In this document: one piece after another, positions 37,389 to 46,093 of the stretch | How positions within the stretch are numbered: the first letter of the stretch is position 1 | Layout of the letters: every line of letters starts with the position of its first letter | From: a virus | Virus record (IMG/VR): IMGVR_UViG_3300025887_000010 | Coordinates: 1-64,000 of that record | Strand: one strand, 5' to 3' | Length of the DNA stretch: 64,000 nt | Translations under genes and position numbers: made by a program | The notes under the pieces: model-generated | Database searches by the model: none | What the model was told of the DNA's origin: nothing | The model's input: the letters and a program-made list of their open reading frames with translations, nothing else

Positions 37389-37756
37389 GCGGTTTCCTTC
37401 CGTGTTTGAGTCTTGTGGATTTCGTTGAAGTTCCATGGTTCTTCGTTCAACAGATTCTCAACTGCGACTTCAATTTCTACGAGAGAAGGACTTATGAGAG
37501 GCTTGGAACCATCGGGATTGCGAAGCTTGAAGATCGGATTGTCAATCTCGACTCCAAAGAATTTTGCTGCATTCTCGACTGCTTCCTCAGGTGGAGTTGT
37601 TGATCCACAGAAGTTGTTGTCGAGGCGCCAAAAGTTGGAAGCCACACCGATGAAGTTCGGGAATGGTCCAGTGTGCTTGTTGATCATTGACGACATGCGA
37701 TTGCGAAGATCACGAATGACCTTCATATACATGTCGGTGCGAAGCTTGCGATTCAT
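37385..37756 (-). CDS. hypothetical protein
   Basis: ATGA overlaps. Confidence 0.55.
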   Translation of the reverse strand: MNRKLRTDMYMKVIRDLRNRMSSMINKHTGPFPNFIGVASNFWRLDNNFCGSTTPPEEAVENAAKFFGVEIDNPIFKLRNPDGSKPLISPSLVEIEVAVENLLNEEPWNFNEIHKTQTRKETA

Positions 37757-38088
37757 AGTCTGTGCCCTTCCATGAGCTTTCGGATTTTGCGAGAACCGAG
37801 ACGATCCTCAGAGTGAATGGCGAATGCTTTCGGAAAACCGAGATTTTCACGATCGCGCTGAATGAGATACTCTGCAAATTCAGCGCCATTCTTCGAATCG
37901 GGACCAAGGTTGTATGCGAACTGAACGAACTCAGGTGCACCAAACTCCTCGACGATATCAACACCTTCATCGTATGAGCGAACAACCACCCAATCTTCTT
38001 CGATCACCCCACTTGCGAAGGTTTCGAAGAAGGTCTGAAAGGCCCCGGTTGGGGACCTTTTATTGTCAATAAAAAGTCTGTAGTTCAT
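37753..38088 (-). CDS. cyclic-phosphate-processing receiver-like domain protein (degenerate)
   Basis: LFIDNKRSP...WVVVRSYDE...G.P.FVQFAYNLG...NG.EFA.YL...IHSED..G. Confidence 0.65.
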   Translation of the reverse strand: MNYRLFIDNKRSPTGAFQTFFETFASGVIEEDWVVVRSYDEGVDIVEEFGAPEFVQFAYNLGPDSKNGAEFAEYLIQRDRENLGFPKAFAIHSEDRLGSRKIRKLMEGHRL

Positions 38089-38420
38089 GATCCGAAGAGC
38101 TCCTTGATGCGTTCTTGGGTTGCTTTGAAACGATTGCCGGTTGACTTTTCCATGTACAGCCAGCTAAACTTATTGCGACGAAGTGTTTTCCCGATGATCT
38201 TGAAGTCTTCGGTTTCCAACTTGATGCCGATTGTTGGTGCATAACTGCGGGCATTTTCCATTTCAGGAGAGTCTTTGCCAGCTTCGATAATGCTGAATTT
38301 CGCAATCAAAGAATTCGAATGAACTTTTCCACCTTTGAATTTGAACTCTAGTTCGGGAAATTCTTTCGAAAGAACTTTGATCATCCGAGCTGTGAGGTCA
38401 TTTGCAGTTTTGACATCCAT
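38085..38420 (-). CDS. hypothetical early protein (start MDVKTA)
   Basis: AGGA RBS; promoter 38460-38488. Confidence 0.7.
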   Translation of the reverse strand: MDVKTANDLTARMIKVLSKEFPELEFKFKGGKVHSNSLIAKFSIIEAGKDSPEMENARSYAPTIGIKLETEDFKIIGKTLRRNKFSWLYMEKSTGNRFKATQERIKELFGS

Positions 38421-38517
38421 TGTTCGTTTTCCTTGTTTTATCAAATTGCTTGTATTTATAGAATATCATACGGTAGTCCTGATGTACACAACTAAATACA
38501 AAAATTTTGACAAAAAT

Positions 38518-39675
38518 TCAGAAAAGATCGAGAGGGGCGGCAGGAACCTTTGATTTCGAGAGGACTTTCCAGAACTCATCGTACCATGAGTCTTCAGAGA
38601 AGTGCTTGCGTGCAGACTCAGCGATAGACTTTCTGTCATCAAACGATAGTGAGTTGACATATACGAGCTTGATCTTCAGGTCAAGTACCCACTCAGGATC
38701 ATCATATGCGACAGGTTTGACACCAAGGTCCGTCACCTGGTTGATGTAGTGATCGGCAGCATGAGTTTGACCTGCCTTGTCAACGAACGTGATCGGTATT
38801 CCACCAAATAGCAGTGTCTCGATTGCAATCAAACCAAGCGACTCATCGGGTCGAGCGACCAAACATGTCGAGCATTTCTGATACTCGAGCAGAAGCTGAT
38901 CTCTCGTTTCATTGTGATGAAGAACGGTGTTCTCAGATTTGTCGAGAGTCTTGATGATGTTCGGGAAGTCTGCACCGGAGACGTATGCGTCAAATTCGAT
39001 TCCAGCCTTTGCAATCTTTCCGAAATTCTTCTGTGGGTGGCATCGACCGACCATCAACGTTTTGCCTTCATTCGGCACGACATCCATTTCCCAAATCTTC
39101 GGATCCATTGTCGTGTAGACGTCAGCATCGTCAGAAATATAAGTGTGTGGCGGAGGATTGTCCATCGTATCAGAGAACTCGAAATGCTTTGCGCGAATCC
39201 ATGGTGAAGCATAGACTCGGCCACCATTCTCTGTGATGGTCATGCAATTCCTGACGATGCCCTGCAGGAACATCGGACTTGGTATCCAATCTGGGATCAT
39301 ATGGGTCGTTGGAATGAACTTCGAAATGGCAGCTGGAACTGTAGTCGTTGAAGCATTCGACCAACAGAAATCAGGATTGATGATCTTCGCCTGATCAATG
39401 TAGGCCTTTCCGACCCTTCGAGACATGGCGACTGCTTCCTTTGGTCCATGAAGTTCCAACACTTCGTCTCGACTCAACTCACTAACAGAGTGGAATGTCG
39501 CATATTCCAGGAAGACTGGATCAATCTTGCCAGTGCACAGAACGTGAACGTCAATTCCCTTCTTCTTAAGGATTTTGATCCACGAATGCTGACGAGCTTC
39601 GATGCCGTTGCGAGGCTTTCGGTGATCCTTGAACGCACCACCAGTGATGTGAGTCGAGACGATAAGGATTTTCAT
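38518..39675 (-). CDS. GT-B glycosyltransferase (GT4 / T4 alpha-glucosyltransferase-like)
   Basis: MKILIV start; VGRCHPQKNF and ESLGLIAIETLLFGGIP donor-binding motifs. Confidence 0.75.
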   Translation of the reverse strand: MKILIVSTHITGGAFKDHRKPRNGIEARQHSWIKILKKKGIDVHVLCTGKIDPVFLEYATFHSVSELSRDEVLELHGPKEAVAMSRRVGKAYIDQAKIINPDFCWSNASTTTVPAAISKFIPTTHMIPDWIPSPMFLQGIVRNCMTITENGGRVYASPWIRAKHFEFSDTMDNPPPHTYISDDADVYTTMDPKIWEMDVVPNEGKTLMVGRCHPQKNFGKIAKAGIEFDAYVSGADFPNIIKTLDKSENTVLHHNETRDQLLLEYQKCSTCLVARPDESLGLIAIETLLFGGIPITFVDKAGQTHAADHYINQVTDLGVKPVAYDDPEWVLDLKIKLVYVNSLSFDDRKSIAESARKHFSEDSWYDEFWKVLSKSKVPAAPLDLF

Positions 39676-40100
39676 GCACAAATGCCTTTCAGCATTTTGG
39701 AGTCAATAACGTACGACGAAAGATCGGGTGCTTTCCAACCTTCAGGCTTGATGGCATCAGGAAGGCCGAGAGGATTTGGACGACCAGGTTTGACACCAAT
39801 CTCCTTTTCCATATTGGCATCGTGAACCTCGATGAAAGCCCCAAGTGACATATCAGTGCCGATCAGAATGTTGAGAGTTCCGACGTTGAAATATAGACCA
39901 TCGATGAGTGCATCAACAATCTCGGCTGCATCTTTATCTGCGATTGCATTCTTCAGTTCAGTAAGCTCTTCTTCCATCATACGAACACGAAGTTCAATGA
40001 AAGCTTTAAGCTTCTCAGGGTCACTTGCGATCTCGTCGTAGCGGTTAACGTGACCCATCTTTTCATGGAATTCTTCCACTATGTCGAAAATGTTCATCAT
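39672..40100 (-). CDS. MazG-like/PRA-PH NTP pyrophosphohydrolase (candidate dCTPase)
   Basis: EFH..MG...R..MMEEELTE...EIVDALID..Y...G...VHDANM.K...KPEGWKAPDL. Confidence 0.88.
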   Translation of the reverse strand: MMNIFDIVEEFHEKMGHVNRYDEIASDPEKLKAFIELRVRMMEEELTELKNAIADKDAAEIVDALIDGLYFNVGTLNILIGTDMSLGAFIEVHDANMEKEIGVKPGRPNPLGLPDAIKPEGWKAPDLSSYVIDSKMLKGICA

Positions 40101-40357
40101 TCTTTGATCTCCTCTGGTTCATAGACCTTGTCGCCGATATTTGAAATTTGTGTTGTCAGCAAAAATGAATTCGCTGTGAGTTTGTTCTGAAACTGAACGA
40201 ACGATTTCACAAGCTCTGTGATGACAGGTGGCTCATTACCATCCAGAGCTTGAACTATCGTTCCGAGAGTGCTCGAAAGATTTTCGTTCAGTTCATCGAT
40301 TCCAAGGCTAGTATCGCGCAGCCTTGCGACGATCGTTTGCATTTCTTCAGGGCTCAT
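40097..40357 (-). CDS. hypothetical helical protein
   Basis: AGGA RBS, overlap. Confidence 0.55.
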   Translation of the reverse strand: MSPEEMQTIVARLRDTSLGIDELNENLSSTLGTIVQALDGNEPPVITELVKSFVQFQNKLTANSFLLTTQISNIGDKVYEPEEIKE

Positions 40358-40368
40358 CCTATTTCCTT

Positions 40369-41253
40369 TCAGAGAAATTTGTCATAGGCTTTTTCGATCG
40401 AGAACGACTCGTTACCGAAGTGTTCATGGACCTTTGCGATCTCGTCGATTGTGGTCTTCTTATAGTCGCCGAGGAAGACTTCGAATGGCTTCGCTCCAGG
40501 CTGCTTCGTTTCGGTCATCGTATCAATTCCCATCAAGATCATTCCGAAATCGATGCGAATGTCTGTCATCTCCTCAAACGCCATCGCGTAAAGCGATATT
40601 TGACGTTTGTATCCACCAATGTCTTTCGCAGACTTCTCTTTGCGAGACGATTTGAAGTCGATCAGTGTGATGAGACCATTGAACTCGACATCGTATGCTC
40701 CTCCATCCTTGTTCAAAACGCCTTCGAGTGTGTAGTCCTCGTCGTATTCCCCAATACAGTCAACTCTACCAGCAATCTGAAGAACATCCGAATAGAGAGC
40801 ATGCTCCAAACAGTGAACGTTGTCGATTTTGTCGAGGTATGGACGAAGCTTCCTGAATAGACTCCATCCTCGCATGTGAGTGTCTTTGACGACCTCATTT
40901 CGAATGTAGAGTTCGGCCATATCGTGCATCGACGTACCACGAGTTCGGGCCTCATGACTGACGCGATCGGCTTCTTCTTCACCAACAGCATCTCTCCAAG
41001 CCTGAAGCCAACCATTCTCACCCTGAAGATCAGCAATCTGACCGAGTATCGTCGTTGCAGATGGATATGCGCGTTTCTCAGGATTGTCGTCAGTTGGTGG
41101 AATGATGTAGTAGCGCCCAGGGAATTTGCCTTCCTTGTACGCGTCGATGTTATGCACGTCTTTGCGAAATTTGAACTGATCCCAGTCGTGAGTGAATGGG
41201 ACCAGTCTTGGTTGTTGCTCAGCCGACTCTCTGAATTTCTTGAAAATACTCAT
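40369..41253 (-). CDS. PD-(D/E)xK (Cas4-like) exonuclease
   Basis: YPSATTIL, WR..VGEEEA, RGT.MH, AGRVDCI, IDFKSS, Q...YA. Confidence 0.88.
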   Translation of the reverse strand: MSIFKKFRESAEQQPRLVPFTHDWDQFKFRKDVHNIDAYKEGKFPGRYYIIPPTDDNPEKRAYPSATTILGQIADLQGENGWLQAWRDAVGEEEADRVSHEARTRGTSMHDMAELYIRNEVVKDTHMRGWSLFRKLRPYLDKIDNVHCLEHALYSDVLQIAGRVDCIGEYDEDYTLEGVLNKDGGAYDVEFNGLITLIDFKSSRKEKSAKDIGGYKRQISLYAMAFEEMTDIRIDFGMILMGIDTMTETKQPGAKPFEVFLGDYKKTTIDEIAKVHEHFGNESFSIEKAYDKFL

Positions 41254-41260
41254 GGTCTAG

Positions 41261-41752
41261 CTATATCACATCCTGCTCATCTTGTACAACAGTTTTTGGA
41301 TGAGGAATACGATGAGGATACGGTTTTGGTGGACACATGAAGTACGAGACATTCTCTTCGAAGTTCCGATTGTGTTGAATCATCCAATCTTCTTGACCTT
41401 TCTCCTTGAGGTGCTTGTTGATATCAGAGATCATCATACTGACGGTGCTCAGATCAGAACCGGACTCGAAAAGGGTGTCGTAGAACATGTTCGACCACAT
41501 CACATCTTTGCAACGACCATCAGGTGCGCACAACCAAAGATGTGAAAAGAGTCGGCGTTTGCGAATGACCTTCATTGAAATTCTACTATTTTTCGGAATG
41601 CCCATACCAAAGTTCGGATCGATTCCGATATTTATCAGCGCCATTTTGGTATGTTCGCTCATTTCGAGATGATACTCTAGAAGATTGAGAGCGTAATCCA
41701 CCTTCATCAGATCGTTTGGTAACTTGTTGATTTCGTCTTCGTACGGTCTCAT
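41261..41752 (-). CDS. hypothetical protein in the glf operon
   Basis: ATGA coupling to glf. Confidence 0.55.
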   Translation of the reverse strand: MRPYEDEINKLPNDLMKVDYALNLLEYHLEMSEHTKMALINIGIDPNFGMGIPKNSRISMKVIRKRRLFSHLWLCAPDGRCKDVMWSNMFYDTLFESGSDLSTVSMMISDINKHLKEKGQEDWMIQHNRNFEENVSYFMCPPKPYPHRIPHPKTVVQDEQDVI

Positions 41753-42786
41753 TTGAAGTCCTCTGCTGCTCGCATTGCTGAATTGACAGCTTGATCCATA
41801 TCTAAATAGGCATAAAGACCAAGGCGACCAATGAAGGTTATCGAGTATGGCCGCGCCATCTTCTTGTATTTTTCGTAGAGCTTACGATTCTCTCCGTCCA
41901 CATCTTTGACAGGATAGAATTTGCGATCACCATTTTCTTCAGCAGCACATGGCTCTTCCCACATTACGGCAGATGTTTCGGACGATCCATAGCTATTCGG
42001 AAGCTTCGACCACTCTGTGATCCGTGTGTATGGGCCAGTGTTAGTGAAGTTCACTGTTGCAGCCTGGAGAACATTCTCGAGTGGGAGTGTTGCATGATGG
42101 AACTTGAGAGAACGATACGGAAGGTGTCCATGGATGTAGTTGAAATACTCATCGATAGGCATCGAATTGAAAATCCAGTCCGCACTTGCGATGAAATCAC
42201 CACCGTATCCAGTTTTACCAAACTCCATAAAGTCGCAACCTGTCATAACATTGATGTTCTCATGATCGAGCATGTTTTCAACCATTTTGGTGTATCCATC
42301 CTTAGGAAGCACCTGAATGTCGTCGTTTGGGAAGTACAGCTCATTCATATCGTCACGAATGGGAACACGATTCATGATGCTCGGACTCACCCTTTCAAGT
42401 GACATTCCCCACATCTTCTCGGTGTAAGGACGGAAGAAGATGTCGATAACGTTTTCTTCGCCGACGATTTCTTTCGTTTCCTTGTTCACAGGAAGCGTGA
42501 CAAGACGTCCATCTTCAAGAAGAGCTTTGACCTTGTGCTCATATTTCACCCATTCCGTGAATCGGCTCAGAAACTCGAAGACTTTGACGTTGTTCGTGTG
42601 GAACAGGTGAGGACCATATTTGTGGATTCGATGTCCGTCATCGATCACATAATCAAAAGCGTTGCCGGCAACATGGTCACTCTTCTCCATGACGACGATT
42701 TTGTGTCCCTTTTCAGCGAGAAGACGAGCAACTGTTGATCCTGAAAGTCCTGCTCCGACGACAATGAATTTGCATTTTTTGCTCAT
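41749..42786 (-). CDS. glf: UDP-galactopyranose mutase
   Basis: VGAGLSG FAD motif, GN..D...HKYGPHLFHT, YTEKMWG, R.P.R...YF, P.DGYT, LPYRSL, TRITE, FYP, GRLG.Y.Y.DMDQ.V. Confidence 0.95.
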   Translation of the reverse strand: MSKKCKFIVVGAGLSGSTVARLLAEKGHKIVVMEKSDHVAGNAFDYVIDDGHRIHKYGPHLFHTNNVKVFEFLSRFTEWVKYEHKVKALLEDGRLVTLPVNKETKEIVGEENVIDIFFRPYTEKMWGMSLERVSPSIMNRVPIRDDMNELYFPNDDIQVLPKDGYTKMVENMLDHENINVMTGCDFMEFGKTGYGGDFIASADWIFNSMPIDEYFNYIHGHLPYRSLKFHHATLPLENVLQAATVNFTNTGPYTRITEWSKLPNSYGSSETSAVMWEEPCAAEENGDRKFYPVKDVDGENRKLYEKYKKMARPYSITFIGRLGLYAYLDMDQAVNSAMRAAEDFK

Positions 42787-43898
42787 TTGCGTGCATCCAA
42801 AATTTTCTGGAGTTCTTCACGTTGAACTCGTTTCGTAAGTGGGTGTTTCTCATAGAGGCAGTCTTTCTGTGCTTTCGCAAGAGCAACTAGACCAGCTGTA
42901 TCGAGACCCTCGATTTTGTCGGCAGTGAGGTTTTCGTACGCTTCACCGTAGACTTCAGCTTCTTTCTGATCACAAAGCAGAATCGATCCTGCATCAGCAA
43001 CTTGAAGCGGACGGGCACGCCACCAACCAGAGCCAGCATGGCTGTACGCAGGCATCAGGCAACCCCATTGTTTGTTAAAGATGCGACACATTTCGGTCTC
43101 AGTGACTCGTTCGCATTTGTATTCGCCACGTGATGCACCGAAGAAGTTCACCTTCCATTCGACCTTCTTGCTCTTCATCCACTTACGTGTCTTGTTATGA
43201 ACGAGAGATGCGAAGTTCCATTCACGAAGCTTTTTCTCAGGACGAATGCCAATGGTGTCAGGCTCATCGAACATGTCAAGATCAGTGTCGTTTTCGAGAC
43301 CGAAATTGTTGTCAGGTCGACGATTTAGGTGGTACGGATTTGGGTTGTATGTGAAGACACGCTCACTTGGCCATTCGAGACTCAAGAGACTCAGATCGCC
43401 ACCAGCAAATGCGCTCATCAGAAGGCGATTCTTGCCATTGACAATGCTGTCGCAAGCATCCTTGTAGAACGATTCGTACTTCTGCACTTCCTCGAGTGAC
43501 TCCTTGCCACCCCAGTTCGACCACAGATAGTCGCGATAGCCATTTCCTTCTTCGAGCTGCTTCTTGTAGCCGATGATGTCTTTGAAGATACCAGGGAATT
43601 GCCAATCATCGAAAGCAACAATGCAATCTGGGCGAGCGCCGATAGCATACAGACCTGACCACAGATACTGTGTGAAGGCTGCTGTTGGGTGGACGATCGC
43701 AATCACGTCCTCATACTCGGAAAGGTCTTCGCCCAGTTTGACGACTCGTTGTTCGACTTCGTATCCCATTGCTTCGAGACCATTCACGAGTGAGTAGTGC
43801 GAAGGAACGATCTGCAAGCGAAGAAAAGCCGAGTGTGCATTTCGGTTGCATTGAGCTTTGTTCATTCCGGTGACGAGGATTTTCGGTTTTGCAGTCAT
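42783..43898 (-). CDS. putative DNA (5hmC) glycosyltransferase, T4 beta-glucosyltransferase-like fold
   Basis: KILVTGMN, VPSHYSL, FDDW, VNFFGA, WWRARPLQVADAGSILLCD resemble T4 BGT motifs (VPSSE, TD, IEFFG, LRVWETMASDAVMLID); coupled to glf; own early promoter 43932-43960. Confidence 0.7.
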   Translation of the reverse strand: MTAKPKILVTGMNKAQCNRNAHSAFLRLQIVPSHYSLVNGLEAMGYEVEQRVVKLGEDLSEYEDVIAIVHPTAAFTQYLWSGLYAIGARPDCIVAFDDWQFPGIFKDIIGYKKQLEEGNGYRDYLWSNWGGKESLEEVQKYESFYKDACDSIVNGKNRLLMSAFAGGDLSLLSLEWPSERVFTYNPNPYHLNRRPDNNFGLENDTDLDMFDEPDTIGIRPEKKLREWNFASLVHNKTRKWMKSKKVEWKVNFFGASRGEYKCERVTETEMCRIFNKQWGCLMPAYSHAGSGWWRARPLQVADAGSILLCDQKEAEVYGEAYENLTADKIEGLDTAGLVALAKAQKDCLYEKHPLTKRVQREELQKILDARK

Positions 43899-43944
43899 AG
43901 GTATCTCCATAGAGGTTTTGTTCTTAAGTTCAGTGTATCACAAT

Positions 43945-44184
43945 TTAGCCAGCTTGTACACAGTCAATGCCATGTTTTTGCCATCTAATTGTCTCGATGG
44001 CATTCGCAAACACTTCGTGTTCGTTCATCTCGAAAAGGAGTTTCTCACGAAGTGGATGCTCGAAGTCTTCGACATCGGTACAGTGATTGCGGAAAATGTA
44101 TTGTCCGAATCTCACATTATTGTCGGCAGATTTCCACGCACGGAAAACTTCAACGAGTTCGGAATAGGTCTCAATCTTTAGCAT
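43945..44184 (-). CDS. hypothetical protein
   Basis: RFGQY pattern; overlaps the upstream stop. Confidence 0.55.
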   Translation of the reverse strand: MLKIETYSELVEVFRAWKSADNNVRFGQYIFRNHCTDVEDFEHPLREKLLFEMNEHEVFANAIETIRWQKHGIDCVQAG

Positions 44185-44797
44185 CAGGTAGATCCAGGTC
44201 AAAGTATTCAAGTTCTTTCAGGGTGATGAACTGTGTATTTTGCCTCTTCTCACGGCGAGAAATATGATGATGACCACCAATCCAATAGTCGGGTTGATGA
44301 ATTTCGAAAAGCTCCTGAAGTATCTCGCGAGTGTTTGTGATTTCATGACCGAATTGATCTTCGACATACGATTGTGGAAAGTCGTGTGAGATGACCACTC
44401 GAGGCTTCGCAATTTCGTAACGGGTAAGTATGCTGAGAAACTTGTCTTCAGTGACTTCCTCATCAGGCCACCAATTTATGCCTGGTATAAGAACCTTTCC
44501 AGGATTGTCAGGCGTTTTCGCACCGCCGAAGTAGAAGATTGAGCGTTTCCTGTCGTAGTAGCCGTCTGAGATGTAGTTTCCCATTCCTTCAGCAATTTGT
44601 GGGTGGTCATGATTGCCTCTAATAAACAAATGACTGGGATTCTTGTTTACCCATTGAACGATTTCCACCATTTCATGCGGTCTGAAAAAACCGAATCCAA
44701 AGTCGCCAACCTGAATAGAGTTCTCAACGACTTCTGCAATTTCAAAGTATTCCTGAAACTTAGCGTGGACATCGCCAATAATTCGGACTTTGGTCAT
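44171..44797 (-). CDS. calcineurin-like metallophosphoesterase
   Basis: IGDVH, QVGDFG, RGNHD, SHDFP, GHHH. Confidence 0.92.
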   Translation of the reverse strand: MTKVRIIGDVHAKFQEYFEIAEVVENSIQVGDFGFGFFRPHEMVEIVQWVNKNPSHLFIRGNHDHPQIAEGMGNYISDGYYDRKRSIFYFGGAKTPDNPGKVLIPGINWWPDEEVTEDKFLSILTRYEIAKPRVVISHDFPQSYVEDQFGHEITNTREILQELFEIHQPDYWIGGHHHISRREKRQNTQFITLKELEYFDLDLPDAKD

Positions 44798-44870
44798 ATT
44801 GATCTCCTATTTCTTAATTCATGATATCACATTTCGTGCATGATGTACATAGTAAAGTGACTGTTGCCTC

Positions 44871-44975
44871 GTTAAACCTGGAGCTCGCTGAGTCTTACGA
44901 TCGTATTGACAATATAATATACATCAAACGACAAAGAGGAACTCAGCGATTCACTGAGTTCCCCTGGTTAGATCA
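44871..44975. repeat. quasi-palindromic intergenic element, copy B
   Basis: core TTGACAATATAATATACATCAA (44906-44927); CGCTGAGT/ACTCAGCG arms; GGAACTCAG/CTGAGTTCC hairpin. Confidence 0.75.
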
Positions 44976-45021
44976 AGGTTGTCAATCTTGTCTTACATAT
45001 TTCAGAACAAACTTTCGAAGA

Positions 45022-45050
45022 ATTATATCATAGTGGAGGCTATAAGTACA
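45022..45050 (-). promoter_or_regulatory. early promoter pointing into element B with no ORF downstream
   Basis: TGTACT-N17-TATAAT. Confidence 0.8.
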
Positions 45051-45116
45051 TAACCTTTATCAAACTTTTTGACATTTCAAAGAAAGATTTGGTCTTCTTC
45101 ATTCCACGTTTTCCAA

Positions 45117-45491
45117 CTACTTCTTTGTGCCTGGAGCAGAGGAGGTCAAGTGTTCCTCCGTCTCTTCGAGATACTCAAAGCTTCCATCAGTTGCTTCAAA
45201 GTTTCCCTTCAAAATCATCGACTTGATCCATTCTTCGTTAAGAAAACGATCGAAACAATCGATGATTTGACCATGAAGATGTGCAAAGGGTGAACAGAAG
45301 ATGATTCGATTCTGGTGGTATCTCGCAAAGAACCGAACATCTGCAATCTCGAATGAGACAAAGTCGACATTGCGGTTCAAATAGCCTTCAAGCTGAGAAT
45401 TCGTGCGATAATAGGAATGGAGAGGTACTCCAGAGATGTCGAGTGCAGTTCCGTCATCAGCAATGGTGACGTTTTTGTTGTAATGTCTCAT
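45117..45491 (-). CDS. hypothetical protein
   Basis: ATGA overlap. Confidence 0.55.
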   Translation of the reverse strand: MRHYNKNVTIADDGTALDISGVPLHSYYRTNSQLEGYLNRNVDFVSFEIADVRFFARYHQNRIIFCSPFAHLHGQIIDCFDRFLNEEWIKSMILKGNFEATDGSFEYLEETEEHLTSSAPGTKK

Positions 45492-46093
45492 TTTTGGACC
45501 TTTTTAATTACGTTGAGCACCTTCTTAGAGAATGCGTATTGATCTTCGAGTCGTAGGGATTGGCGAAGAATTCGGTAAGCTCTCTTCGAAAGCAGCCCTT
45601 TCTCCTTCCGCAGTTCGCTGAGATCGACTTCTTCGACCTCACTGTGATACTTCATGGCAGACAGAATCGAAAGTTCACCAGAGATAACGCCATTCACAAT
45701 TCCGGTTTTGCCGTTCTTTTCGACGAGATTTGGCATCGCTCGAAAAGAATCACGAAGGAACATAAAGTTTTCCTCATGATCTGATTGTACGAACGATTGG
45801 TAGATGTCATGCAATTTGTCGACGACACTCGTTGAAACCTCGCTGTCGTAAATGTGAGGCATGTTCGAAGTCTTCGCGATGTTGTTGATGAAGAAGAACG
45901 CAAAGTAATACTCGTCGTTCATCTTCCTTACGATCTGCTTCAGGTTACGCTGTGCAAATCCTCTCTGTGCAGTCGACATCTTCGGATACTTGAACCTAGG
46001 AACGAGTTCCTGGTCGAGAGGAAGATCATGGTCTGCCACGAAGATCATTCGATATCCGTGAGCAGACCGAAAGAGATCATTCTTATCAGCCAT
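45488..46093 (-). CDS. divergent helicase loader (gp59-like)
   Basis: about 200 aa helical protein; FFINNIA and VISGELS resemble gp59 FISNLV and LQSNIIS; near gp33. Confidence 0.45.
   Translation of the reverse strand: MADKNDLFRSAHGYRMIFVADHDLPLDQELVPRFKYPKMSTAQRGFAQRNLKQIVRKMNDEYYFAFFFINNIAKTSNMPHIYDSEVSTSVVDKLHDIYQSFVQSDHEENFMFLRDSFRAMPNLVEKNGKTGIVNGVISGELSILSAMKYHSEVEEVDLSELRKEKGLLSKRAYRILRQSLRLEDQYAFSKKVLNVIKKVQK

Noticed and set aside
38452-38459. Canonical T4 late promoter TATAAATA
   Set aside because: The only copy I noticed; it overlaps the -10 and leader of an early promoter and precedes a non-structural gene.
45117-45491. RegA translational repressor (by size)
   Set aside because: Lacks the RegA motifs (ETLTRMG, CHIL, YYIVHFKE).
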